Shown: positions 38,406 through 48,178 of the stretch, piece after piece | Position numbering within the stretch: the first letter of the stretch is position 1 | Layout of the letters: each line of letters starts with the position of its first letter | DNA from: Candidatus Hydrogenedentota bacterium | Lineage (GTDB): Bacteria; Hydrogenedentota; Hydrogenedentia; Hydrogenedentales; JAEUWI01 | Direction of reading: 5' to 3' | Length of the DNA: 64,000 bases | Assembly (NCBI GenBank): GCA_034669905.1 | Contig: JAXMOL010000007.1 | Coordinates: 128,970 to 192,969, forward strand | Program-made: the position numbers and the translations under genes | The notes under the pieces: model-generated | The model's input: the letters and a program-made list of their open reading frames with translations, nothing else | Database searches by the model: none | What the model was told of the DNA's origin: nothing

Positions 38406-39272
38406 CTACGCGGTGGCGGCGAGGTAGGCCTTCAGGGCGTCGCGCCAGGGGGGCATGATGTCGAGGTTCTGTGCCTGGGCATGGCGGTTCTCAAGGACCG
38501 AATAGGCCGGCCGCCGGACGGGGGACTGAAACTCTGCCGACGTCGTGGCCGTGAGCTGGACCTGCGTGTTGGTTTCCTCAAAGATTGCCTGCGCAAACTC
38601 ATACCACGAGCATGCGCCCTGACACGTGGCGTGGTAGAGTCCTGGCTCGCCCTTTTCCGCCAGGAGCCGCATCTGTTTGGCGAGGGCACCGGTAAAGGTG
38701 GGCGTGGTGATTTCGTCGGTGACCACCTTAACCTCCGGACGGGTGGCGGCGAGGTGGAGCATAGTGCCGATAAAGTTTCGGCCCCCCTTGGCCCGACAGG
38801 CCGCCTCCCCATAGATGGCTGCCGTGCGCACGATGAGGTGGTCGTCCAACACCGAAGCGATGAGGTGTTCGCCCGCCAATTTACTCGCCGCATAGACACT
38901 CAGCGGTTGGGGGCGGTCCGTCTCGACGAAGGGCTCGGTGGCGCCATCGCCGAAGACATAATCGGTGCTCACGTGGAGCATGCGTGCGCCAATGGCCTTA
39001 CAGGTGACGGCGAGATTCCGCGCGCCCGTCGCGTTGACGCCAAAGGCCAGGGCCGGGTCTTGCTCGCAGAGGGCCACGTTGTGGGCGGCGGCCGTATTGA
39101 CGACGATATCGGGGCGGATTTCTTCCAGGAGGGCCGTGACTGCCGGTCCGTCGGTCACATCGAGGATATGGCCCTCTCCATCCAGGTCGGCACGGTGCAA
39201 TTCGGTGTCGGAAAACACCGCACAAAGGTCATGCCCCAATTGGCCTTCTGAACCTACGATTAAGACCCGCAT
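38406..39272 (-). CDS. rmlD: dTDP-4-dehydrorhamnose reductase
   Basis: MRVLIVGSEGQLG start. RmlD substrate-binding domain pattern. 289 aa. The ORF extension to 39425 was not used. Confidence 0.85.
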   Translation of the reverse strand: MRVLIVGSEGQLGHDLCAVFSDTELHRADLDGEGHILDVTDGPAVTALLEEIRPDIVVNTAAAHNVALCEQDPALAFGVNATGARNLAVTCKAIGARMLHVSTDYVFGDGATEPFVETDRPQPLSVYAASKLAGEHLIASVLDDHLIVRTAAIYGEAACRAKGGRNFIGTMLHLAATRPEVKVVTDEITTPTFTGALAKQMRLLAEKGEPGLYHATCQGACSWYEFAQAIFEETNTQVQLTATTSAEFQSPVRRPAYSVLENRHAQAQNLDIMPPWRDALKAYLAATA

Positions 39273-39644
39273 CGTGCTGCTCCTTCTGTGGGGGAGTGGT
39301 GCCCGCCGTTGGGGAAGGGGTACATCTCGCCCGTCCCAATGCCTGAAGCCAGTATGGCACAGGATTTCGAGAGGGGGCAACCACTGCGGGGGGAGAATCT
39401 CCCTATCGTGTATCTCAAACGGCAACCTATCTCAGGGACTGTCTCGCCCCTGGTGATGACGCCTTGGCGACGTAGGCGATGGACGGCTATTGTCATAGCG
39501 ACAGGGAAGAACACGGGATAGGGCGTGGCCGTCCCGTCGTTAGCGAAGTTTGCGGCGGGTCAGTCCTCGTCACGACAGGACACCCACCGCCGTCAGCGTT
39601 TTACGGCGCAGGATATGCCGACCTCTCGCCCACCTCCAGTGAAA

Positions 39645-40226
39645 TTACACTTCGGATGTTCTGATGGTCAGGTAGGTATCGTCGTCCATGGCCGACAGGA
39701 CGATTACGCGCGCGTTATCGGTCCAGAATTTACAAAGCTGAGCCAGGTTGATTTCCAGCAGATCAAAAGGGGCACAGCGTGTCACCACAAAAAAGTTCTG
39801 TTGAAATGTTGCGGGCCAAATGAAATTTTTAACTAAGCTGCGCTCTTCACTTGTATGGCAGGTATAGACATAGTCGAAGGAGCGCACTGTTTTCTTTGAC
39901 CTACCATGGGTATTCATCTTTGCTGTCCGAACGAGCCGTTCGACTCCAACCAAACAACAATCTTTGTCGTTGTCCAGAAAGTCGATGAGAAAACAAGATA
40001 TCCCATCCAGGAGCAGGGCTTCATCCCATCCACGTGATTGGGAGAGGTCTAGATGGAGCGGGGTTTCGCCATCGAAATTTTCGGGAGTCAATAGGCGTAC
40101 TTCCCGATGGCCCAGTTCGAGATTGTCATACAGCAGTTCGAACAGGTTGCTGAAATTCTGGTTGTATACGACTTCGACGCGCTCCTGCGCAGATTGCACG
40201 CTTAACTCCATAAATTTAGTGCTCAT
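39645..40226 (-). CDS. hypothetical protein, low-GC orphan (possible immunity/SUKH-like)
   Basis: About 48% GC against 62% in the flanks. No recognisable catalytic motifs. Confidence 0.5.
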   Translation of the reverse strand: MSTKFMELSVQSAQERVEVVYNQNFSNLFELLYDNLELGHREVRLLTPENFDGETPLHLDLSQSRGWDEALLLDGISCFLIDFLDNDKDCCLVGVERLVRTAKMNTHGRSKKTVRSFDYVYTCHTSEERSLVKNFIWPATFQQNFFVVTRCAPFDLLEINLAQLCKFWTDNARVIVLSAMDDDTYLTIRTSEV

Positions 40227-40455
40227 GAATCAAACTCCCTATGCCCGCTATTTCGACTCTCCGCGAGGCCCCGTATCAACCCTTCACCAACCTCCATCGT
40301 TTCGCGCGACCACTCCACAATAACCAATGGGTAGCCTGCAGGCCAACGGAAATATCCCACACCACAACCCCTAACCTGACGGACCAGAAAGCCCCATGCT
40401 ATACTTGCGCCTTCGTCGTGGTTCATTCTTTCCTCGTGCAAAAAGGTGTTGGTTC

Positions 40456-41617
40456 CGTGTCCCCTATCGCTGTTGCGGCCGATTTAAGTTGTCTGATTTC
40501 CCGCCCCATGACGGGCGTGGGCTACTACACCCGCAATATCTTTCAGGAACTGGACCGCAGCGCCGTGGACCTGCGTCCTATCGCGGCATCGGCCCAACCC
40601 CGTCCCGATGATTTGGACGGCTGTCTCGGGGCCGACCAGGCGTTGCCAACCTACCGCTTTCCCACCCGGTGGAAAAACACCCTGTGGACCCGTGCCGAAT
40701 GGCCGCCCATCGAATGGCTCACCGGAAAGTGCGATATCGTCCATGGCGGCTTCCATCTCCTGCCCCCGTCCCGAAAGGCCAAGCGGGTGGTCACCGTTTT
40801 CGATTTGGCCGGTATGCGGCGGGAAGCCATTCACGACGACGCAGACCAGGCCATGCACCGCCGCCTGCTGGCCCATGCCATCCCCCGGGCCGATGGTATC
40901 TTCGCCATTTCGCAGAGTTGTCGCCAGGATGTCATCGAACTATTGGGGGCCGACCCCGCCAAGGTCTACGTAGTCCCCGGTGGGGTCTTCCTCGATGAAT
41001 TCGAAGCAGCCCCCGACGGTGCCCGTATGAAGGCCCTGCGCGCGACCCACGGTATCCGGGGTGACTTTCTCATCCACCTTGGTACCCTGGAGCCGCGCAA
41101 GAATCTCGCCCGCCTCGTGACGGTCTACGCTCGGCTGGCCGAACGCCATGGGGACCTGCCCCAACTGGTCCTGGCGGGGGGGAAGGGCTGGATGTATGAG
41201 CCCATCTTCGAGGCCATCGAATCCCACGGCCTGACGGACCAGGTCATCTGCACGGGCTACCTTTCCCGCGAAGATGCCGTGACCCTTCTGCACCATGCCC
41301 AGGCCTGTGTCTATCCCTCGCTGTACGAAGGCTTCGGATTGCCCGTGCTGGAGGCCATGGCGGCCCGGACGCCGGTGCTGACCTCCAACGTGTCCTCCCT
41401 CCCCGAAGTCATCGGCGATACGGGGATTCTCGTGGAGCCCGAAGACGAAGCCAGTCTGGAAGTCGGATTGACCCGCCTCCTCTTCGAGCGAGACGACGAA
41501 GGCGACCGGATTGCCGCCGCGTCGGAACGGGCCCAGGGGATGACCTGGCGGCACAGCGCACAGCGCCTCCTTCAGTCCTACCGTGATGTGTTGGACGGCG
41601 TGGGGTATGCCCCATGA
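40456..41617 (+). CDS. GT4-family glycosyltransferase
   Basis: GT-B pattern with EX7E (YEGFGLPVLEAMAARTPVL). The GTG at 40456 with an upstream AAAGG is preferred over the track ATG at 40241, which would abut the divergent gene. Confidence 0.78.
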
Positions 41618-43104
41618 CGGAAACTTCGGAGAAACGGCTCGCCCGGGAAACAGCGAAGGTCGGGGTGAACGTCGGCCTGCTATTGGCCGCCCGCATCGCC
41701 GGACTTGCCATGAGCCTCGTCCAACTCGGAATTATCTTTCGCTCCCTGGGGCTTTCCGCTCAGGGCGAATACCAAGCGGCCTTTAATTTTGCATCCCTCT
41801 TCACCGTCTTTGCGACCCTGGGCATTCAGCGCCTCCTGGTCCGCGATATTGCCCGGGACCCCAAGGTGGCGTGGTCCTATGTGTGGACCGCCCTGTCGGT
41901 CGTAACAGTCCTTTCCACGCTATGCATGACGGCCATGTATTTCCTCAAGCGGGATTCAGGGAGTGCCGACCTCGTGTTGTGGGCGGGGGCCTATGTGGTG
42001 GTGACCTGGGCCTTGCAGCAGCCTTTCGAAGCCCTCTTGATAGCCCGGGAGCGGATGGGGCTGGTGGCCCTGCTCAATGGGGTGGCTGCTGCCCTGAAGC
42101 TTGGCGCCGTGTGGGCCTGCTTTGACCCACCCATCCCGCCGAGCGACTATGTCTATGACCCCGTTTCGGTGCACCAGGTGGTCGCCGTGGCCAATGGGGT
42201 CGGGTTGCTCTGTTTCATCGCGGTGGCCATGACCCTGGGCGGGGTGACGTGGCCCCGCTTGCGCCTTCGGGCGGCCCTTTCGCAGGTAAGGGAATGTTTC
42301 CCTTTCGCCCTGGCCATGCTCTGCAGTTGGGTCTATTTCAAATCCGACATGGAACTGTTGCATCATTTTCGCGGCAGCAGCGATGCGGGAATCTATGCCC
42401 CCGTACAAAAGCTCATGGAACCCCTCCTCATGGTGGCGGGACTCTGGGGTACGGCCATCTTTCCCGCCTTGTGTCGCCTTTCCCACACGGATGCGGAAGG
42501 CTTCGCCCATATCAAGGCGACCTCCGTGCGACTTGCCCTGTTGCTGGCCTGTCCCATGGCCGTCGGACTCGGATTGTTAGCGCGCCCCATCTTACTCTTG
42601 CTGACCGGGGGCGAGACGGACTTGTTGGAGTCCATTTACGTATTGCAGATTGTGGCCATTATCCTGCCGCTTTTTTATCTTAATGGGATTGGACAGGAGT
42701 TTCTCTATGCCGCCCATCGCAACGCCTTCGTGGTCATTGCCTATCTGGTGGCCGGCATCGTGAGTGTAGGGCTCAACCTGTGGGCCATTCCCCAATACGG
42801 CGTGGTGGGCCTGGCGTGGGTGGCGGTCGTCGCAAATGGCGTCGTGAGCCTGTTTTTCTGCGTCGGTATGCGGCAGGAGATCGACTTTGGCGGGCTCGTC
42901 GTTCTGCTCGTCAAGACCGCCATCGCCTGTGGCTTCATGTGGGTGGTGGCCTGGTACGGCGCGGCACTCCATCTCCTCGTCGGGATTGCGGCGGGCGCGG
43001 TGTGTTACGGGCTTGTCCAGTGGTTTCTGGGCACGCTCAATAAACAGGAGCGGGCCCTGGTTCTTCATGCGGCGGAAGGACTTCGGGCTAAGTTGGGGCG
43101 TTGA
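41614..43104 (+). CDS. Wzx-like polysaccharide flippase (MOP superfamily)
   Basis: About 12-14 TM helices. Polysacc_synt-like N-terminus. Confidence 0.8.
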   Translation: MTETSEKRLARETAKVGVNVGLLLAARIAGLAMSLVQLGIIFRSLGLSAQGEYQAAFNFASLFTVFATLGIQRLLVRDIARDPKVAWSYVWTALSVVTVLSTLCMTAMYFLKRDSGSADLVLWAGAYVVVTWALQQPFEALLIARERMGLVALLNGVAAALKLGAVWACFDPPIPPSDYVYDPVSVHQVVAVANGVGLLCFIAVAMTLGGVTWPRLRLRAALSQVRECFPFALAMLCSWVYFKSDMELLHHFRGSSDAGIYAPVQKLMEPLLMVAGLWGTAIFPALCRLSHTDAEGFAHIKATSVRLALLLACPMAVGLGLLARPILLLLTGGETDLLESIYVLQIVAIILPLFYLNGIGQEFLYAAHRNAFVVIAYLVAGIVSVGLNLWAIPQYGVVGLAWVAVVANGVVSLFFCVGMRQEIDFGGLVVLLVKTAIACGFMWVVAWYGAALHLLVGIAAGAVCYGLVQWFLGTLNKQERALVLHAAEGLRAKLGR

Positions 43105-43115
43105 TTCAAAGCCGG

Positions 43116-43222
43116 GAGGGGGACAGCCCCGACTATCGAATACGCTACCCCCTATTGACGTCACCTATTCCGCCCACACGGTAGACTCGCACGACGTGAG
43201 ACACAACGTCGGTGCAGTCCCC
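43116..43222 (+). repeat. third copy of the GGGGACAGCCCCGAC ... CGTCGGTGCAGTCCCC palindromic repeat
   Basis: Same terminal motifs as the 38.2 kb units with a different internal sequence. Located 12 bp after the flippase stop. Confidence 0.65.
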
Positions 43223-43264
43223 GGCATCGCGTGGCACGACGTAATCTTTCCAGTCTTGCCAATA

Positions 43265-44434
43265 TTATTTCGGCGGCCGTTGGGGCGTCTTTCGTTTCTC
43301 TGTGCTCCGCGTGCCGGTGGGAAAGTCCGGGAACGTGGGGAAGGTGGGCCCCGTCGATTTTTCCGTACCTTGCTTCGATTCGGGCCGGGGGAACTCGGGG
43401 AAGGCAGGGGCCACGGGCCGCTGGGGAATGGTCATGTTGGGGCGGGCGGCAGCGCCGGGTGATTCCACCTCGGGTCGGGCCATACGCTGCTGCATCCGCA
43501 GTGCAGGGTGACTCATATCGAGGGGCGGCAAGGTGGGCGGTTTCATTTTCGGTGGCCAGGGTTCCGCATCGGCGGCCTGGAGATCCTGCAGGGTGGCCAG
43601 ATGCTGTCGTAACTGCTCGGGATCCTGCAGCAGCTGGTTGATGAAGGGCCCATATTCCTGGGCCAGCAGCGGGTCCCGATGAATGAGTCGATTCCAGTAG
43701 CGTATCCAGGGGCGTGTCTCATCGTTGCGTGCCCGGTTGATATTCCGCAAGTGCCAGAGCCAGAGTTCCCGGGGATGCTGGTAGAGCTCCGTGGGCAGGG
43801 CTGCACCCGAATCCAACGTGGCGGCCCCCAGTTTTTCCAGTTGCTCCCACCAGGGGAGCACGGACTCGTAGGCCTCCGGGGTGTCGAGTACCGCCTGAAA
43901 AGCCGTGCGCAGGGAAGCCATCCACTCCGGGGCCTCCAGGAAAGCATCGTAGGCCCCCTGCAGGGCTTCGGGCAGGGGGCGGACCTGGCTGGGGTTGGTG
44001 AGAAAGCGCATGGCCACATCGGGGTGGCCCCGCAGATACTGGACCGCCCGGGTCATCTCGGGGCTGGCCTTGGCCTTGTCGAGCTCCGTGCGGACCAGGT
44101 TCTCCACGGCGTTACGGAGGGCGGGGTTTTCCCGCAACTGGGCATAAAACGTATCGAACCGGGATTGGGCCTCGGGGCTTTCACCCAGGACCTCGTCAAA
44201 CTGGGTGTCCAGATTACGCAAGGACGGCTGAGAACGTGCCCGCCACCAGGCCGTCTCGGTAGCCGCCAGTTCCGGCAGGCGGGCGAGTTCTTTCAAGTAG
44301 CCCACGTGATTGGGCAGGGCCGCAGGCTCCTCCTGCAGGAAAGCACGGAGGGCAGGGGGAAAGGGGGCGGCAGGCCTGGGCGGGACCGGTCCGTCCGCCG
44401 CCAACAGCCAACAGAAGACCCCGACCCACATCAT
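43265..44434 (-). CDS. hypothetical secreted helical-repeat protein with Pro-rich C-terminus
   Basis: Signal peptide. Repeated helical motifs. PEFP/PTFP low-complexity tail. Confidence 0.55.
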   Translation of the reverse strand: MMWVGVFCWLLAADGPVPPRPAAPFPPALRAFLQEEPAALPNHVGYLKELARLPELAATETAWWRARSQPSLRNLDTQFDEVLGESPEAQSRFDTFYAQLRENPALRNAVENLVRTELDKAKASPEMTRAVQYLRGHPDVAMRFLTNPSQVRPLPEALQGAYDAFLEAPEWMASLRTAFQAVLDTPEAYESVLPWWEQLEKLGAATLDSGAALPTELYQHPRELWLWHLRNINRARNDETRPWIRYWNRLIHRDPLLAQEYGPFINQLLQDPEQLRQHLATLQDLQAADAEPWPPKMKPPTLPPLDMSHPALRMQQRMARPEVESPGAAARPNMTIPQRPVAPAFPEFPRPESKQGTEKSTGPTFPTFPDFPTGTRSTEKRKTPQRPPK

Positions 44435-45738
44435 GCCAAATCAAGCTCCGCTGCCAGATCGAGTACGGTAAAGCGATTGCGGAGGAACCGCGCCCGGGCC
44501 TGGCCGTTGTGGTATTCGGCTGTGCTCACGCTCAGTGCTTCGGGCGTGATGGGGCCACCGGCCGCCTGGATGCAGGCCGCCACGGTCGCAGCGGGTTGGA
44601 GCTCCTTGCGGGCTTCTTCCCGAAGTCGGGGCAGCTGATATTTGAGGGCTTCGATTTCGGCCAGGAAGGCCTCGTGGCCCAGCCGTTTCTCATGCCATTG
44701 GGCGCGCACTTCCGCACCCACCGTCTCGCCCCAGTCGGAGGCGATGGCGGCTTCAATGTGGGCCTCATCGGTCTGGGCCCGCCAGAGGGCTTCTCCATCG
44801 AGGCGCTCGGGATCCTGCTTGAGGATTTTCTCCCAGAGTCCCAAGGTGTAAATGGTGGCCACCCCCACCTGCGCGCCGTGCAGATCCTGGCCCGTGTTAT
44901 ACAGGGCATGTTTCATGTCGAGATAGTGGGAGATGAGGTGTTCCCCGCCCGAAGCGGGTGCGGAGGAACCGGCGATGACCATGCCGAAGCCGCTGAGGAG
45001 GAGGGCCTCCAGCACGAGGTGGATACCTGCCGGATCGCCCGTGCCAATGGACGTGGCTTCGCGAAAGAGCCGCTCCTGGATGCCGTCATTGAATTCCCGG
45101 GGGCGATCGCAGTAATAGCCGCCTCGGAGTAAGTGGCAGGCCCGCCAGTCGGCCGCCGAAGAACACTTGGAAAGGAAATCGGCCACACCGGCAGCGGCCA
45201 TGGGTTGTGGCGCCGTCGCCACCACGTCGGGGTCGGCAAAGACCCCTAAGGCCGGGGTGCACGGCAGGGTGCGCTTCAGACCACGGACCTTGAGTGCCAC
45301 AATGGCGGAGGTGTAGCCATTCATGGAGGCTGCCGTGGGGTAGAGGAGCACGGGCTTCCGCTGTCTGCTGCCCGCGTCTTTCGCGAGGTCGCACAAGGTG
45401 CCGGAGCCGATGGCAATGTAGCCGTCTGCGTCCTGGCCCGCTGCGGCCACTTCGTCGGCCCGCTCCTGGGTCGCTTCAAAGGCTTCTGCGGGGTAGGTCG
45501 AGGAGAGGATGGAAATACCCATATCGGCCAGGGCCTCGTGAACCCGATTTTGCGCTGCCGCCAGGGTATTTTCATCGGCGACGACCAGGCAGGTCTTCAG
45601 CCCCTTGTCGCGGGCGAAGGTTGCGAGGGCCACGGCTGCGTCGGACCCGATGGAGCAGCGTTCAATGGGGAGTTCGTGGCGTTGACCGCATTCGCAGTCA
45701 AAGGCGGTGCCGAGGGTATGCCATCCCAGGGTTTTCAT
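44431..45738 (-). CDS. Iron-containing alcohol dehydrogenase / DHQS-like family protein (glycerol-1-phosphate dehydrogenase-like)
   Basis: GSGTLCDLAK glycine-rich NAD motif. Conserved metal-binding His in the C-terminal half. 4-nt overlap with the downstream gene. Confidence 0.65.
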   Translation of the reverse strand: MKTLGWHTLGTAFDCECGQRHELPIERCSIGSDAAVALATFARDKGLKTCLVVADENTLAAAQNRVHEALADMGISILSSTYPAEAFEATQERADEVAAAGQDADGYIAIGSGTLCDLAKDAGSRQRKPVLLYPTAASMNGYTSAIVALKVRGLKRTLPCTPALGVFADPDVVATAPQPMAAAGVADFLSKCSSAADWRACHLLRGGYYCDRPREFNDGIQERLFREATSIGTGDPAGIHLVLEALLLSGFGMVIAGSSAPASGGEHLISHYLDMKHALYNTGQDLHGAQVGVATIYTLGLWEKILKQDPERLDGEALWRAQTDEAHIEAAIASDWGETVGAEVRAQWHEKRLGHEAFLAEIEALKYQLPRLREEARKELQPAATVAACIQAAGGPITPEALSVSTAEYHNGQARARFLRNRFTVLDLAAELDLA

Positions 45739-45918
45739 GGGGTGTGCTTTCTAAAGTCGGTTGCGAGACAAGGAGCCAGAGGTAGGGGGCCCCGGTACCT
45801 TCAGTATAGCAAAGAAGCCGGGGAGGGCGGAAAGTAAACCTGCCGACAGTCGCCAAGGAACCGTCGATTGGGGGGGCGTCATTCCATGGTGCGCCGGGCG
45901 CAGGAAGCACACGCGGGT

Positions 45919-46434
45919 TCAGGAGGTGGAAACGTCTGGCCGGTTGACCCGTTGTACCGTCTCAATTTTTTTGAGCTTCCGCCACAGGGTGTTCCGTCCA
46001 ATCCCCAGGACCCGCGCCGTCTTCGCCTGGTTGTTCTTGCACCGACGGAGCGTCTCAAGGATATGCTCGGCCTCTACGTCTTCCAGGGTGCGGAAGGATT
46101 CTTCCCGGTGGGAGGCAATCGGGCTATTGCCCTTCTGTTGCTCCAGGGCACGCTGGACCATGAGCCCGGCTTCACCGGGTTGGAAGGGGAGAAAGATATA
46201 GCCGTAGACGCCGGCTCGCATGGCGCGCAGGGTGGCGGGCAGGCGCTCCGCATTGGAAAGCAGCAGGACCGTTGTGTCGGGGCCTACTTGCTCCGTCGCC
46301 CAAACGGGATCATCGGAAATGAGCAGCGAAAGGCCCGCCTCCCCATCCACGATTTGATGGCCCTCGGCCTCCAACATGACCTTGAGGGTCATGCGGATCG
46401 CCGGGTCCGCTATATGAAATCCTACCTGTCCCAT
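45919..46434 (-). CDS. atypical receiver-like domain + Fis-type HTH regulator (NtrC-like lacking AAA+ domain)
   Basis: C-terminal AKTARVLGIGRNTLWRKLKK HTH_8. N-terminal CheY-like fold without the canonical DD pair. Confidence 0.55.
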   Translation of the reverse strand: MGQVGFHIADPAIRMTLKVMLEAEGHQIVDGEAGLSLLISDDPVWATEQVGPDTTVLLLSNAERLPATLRAMRAGVYGYIFLPFQPGEAGLMVQRALEQQKGNSPIASHREESFRTLEDVEAEHILETLRRCKNNQAKTARVLGIGRNTLWRKLKKIETVQRVNRPDVSTS

Positions 46435-46629
46435 ACCTTGAGGTTATACCGAAATGGCGCCAATGTCTACCCCAAAATGGAATTAATTGGGCAATGGGGG
46501 GGAAGGTACGGCCTTTCGTGTCAAGTAATTATGGCCGAAGGAGATGGACCGCCGGTTCCGGGGCGTCTGATGCCATTTTTGTGCCGAAATTGACACCATA
46601 ATGCCGAAAGGTGGAATATAGTCAGTACT

Positions 46630-47244
46630 ATGGATGATTTTATGGAACAAATCGAACGGTACCGGGACGAGTTCTACCGGTACACCCTGCGCACCTTATG
46701 GGACTCGGGCATGGCGGATGATGTCTTCTCCTCGGCAGTTCTGGCCGCGTGGGAGAATCAGCATAAGTTTACGCCCGGGACCAATTTCCGGGCGTGGATG
46801 TATCGCATCATCACCAACAAGTGCTATGTGGCCAACCGGCACACGGGCCGCACACCGGCGCCCATCGATGATGTGCCCGAGTCGGCCTTCCTCGATTTGT
46901 CGGACGACCGGGGCTACTACGATGTCCTCCATCGGCCCGACGAAGTGTTGGAGGAGTGTGGTGAAGAAGTACACCGCGCCATGGCCAATCTCTCCCCCTC
47001 CCAACGAAAATGTCTGATGCTCCGCGGCGTGGAGAAATTCTCCTACAAAGAGATCGCGGAGATTATGGACATTCCCGTTGGAACGGTGATGACCCACCTT
47101 TCCCGGGGGCGCGCGAAAATGCGCAAGGAATTATTGGATTACGCCCAGCAGCAGGGCATCGTAAGAAACATGCCTCGGCTTATTCCGAAGCAGGGCCGCG
47201 ATGATGAACGTCGGGCCAACGTAAGTGGCGGTAACGCATCATGA
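46630..47244 (+). CDS. ECF RNA polymerase sigma factor
   Basis: Region 2 (WMYRIITNK) and region 4 (YKEIAEIMDIPVGTVMTHLSRGR). Confidence 0.82.
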   Translation: MDDFMEQIERYRDEFYRYTLRTLWDSGMADDVFSSAVLAAWENQHKFTPGTNFRAWMYRIITNKCYVANRHTGRTPAPIDDVPESAFLDLSDDRGYYDVLHRPDEVLEECGEEVHRAMANLSPSQRKCLMLRGVEKFSYKEIAEIMDIPVGTVMTHLSRGRAKMRKELLDYAQQQGIVRNMPRLIPKQGRDDERRANVSGGNAS

Positions 47245-48005
47245 CTATGGACGAACGTGGAAAGCGATGGATGGCCTACATGGATGGCCAGATGAGCGCG
47301 TCGGAATCCCTGGAATTTGAGCGCTCCCTCTCCTCCGAAGACAAAAAACGCCTGGCCGAAGAAGTACGCCTCGAATCGGAAATCTGTGATCGCCTGGCAG
47401 GCCAGGAATGTTGCCCCAAAGCCCTCTGGAATTCACTGGCCCTGAAGATGAATAACCAGGAACCTCCTGCACGGGAACGTATCACCGGCTGGCAACGTTG
47501 GGTGGTGGCGGCGGCTTCGATTGCAACGATTATCACCACCAGCGTGGTGCTCTATCAGGACATGGAAACGCCGCCCCAGAACCTCTCCGGCCTGGAGATT
47601 TCCGAAGCGACCCTCACGGAATTTGCGAGCCAGATCGAGGTGCCCGGCACCCGGGAGGCCACCCAGCGTTTTCTGGATGACCACAACCTGCAGTTGCGGA
47701 TGGTCGGTCTCGATTCACCCGAATTGAAGACCCAGCATCCGATCAAGCTGCTCGGCGCCTGCATGGGGAAATGTCCCGATGGGGCGGTTATCGAAGTGCG
47801 GCTGACCTGTTGCGATGAACCCATTAAACTGCTCATCGCCAAAGAAGGCACCAGTGGAGCCCGCCTGATCGAAAAGGCCATCAAATGTGGCACCGTCCAA
47901 GCCAGCCGCGTTTCCGATGGCGTCGTGACGGCCCTGGTAGGTGACATTCACGGCAATGTGGATCTCCTCAACCTGCTCCAGCCCCGCGCCGGAAATATCG
48001 TGTAG
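47241..48005 (+). CDS. putative membrane anti-sigma factor
   Basis: 4-nt overlap with the sigma gene. N-terminal anti-sigma-like helix. One TM. Confidence 0.6.
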   Translation: MTMDERGKRWMAYMDGQMSASESLEFERSLSSEDKKRLAEEVRLESEICDRLAGQECCPKALWNSLALKMNNQEPPARERITGWQRWVVAAASIATIITTSVVLYQDMETPPQNLSGLEISEATLTEFASQIEVPGTREATQRFLDDHNLQLRMVGLDSPELKTQHPIKLLGACMGKCPDGAVIEVRLTCCDEPIKLLIAKEGTSGARLIEKAIKCGTVQASRVSDGVVTALVGDIHGNVDLLNLLQPRAGNIV

Positions 48006-48178
48006 CAAGCACCGGAAAATATTCCATACATTGCGCGCCCCGAAGGCTCTTCTTCGGGGCGTTTTTCATTGCGCCCGGCAAGGGTTTGAGGCATCCACAG
48101 GCCGAGGGCTATGATGGCCCACCGCGCACCCAGGCGCCATGACCATTCATACACCGCACCAAACCGGGGAGTTCTCCA

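Noticed and set aside
38319-39251. 310-aa plus-strand ORF upstream of and over rmlD
   Set aside because: It starts inside the tandem repeat and runs antisense to RmlD. The RmlD frame has clear family features.
40241-40455. Longer N-terminus for the GT4 glycosyltransferase (ATG 40241)
   Set aside because: It would begin 14 bp from the divergent low-GC gene start and adds 72 non-conserved residues. GTG 40456 with an upstream AAAGG gives a typical ~387-aa GT4. The choice remains uncertain.
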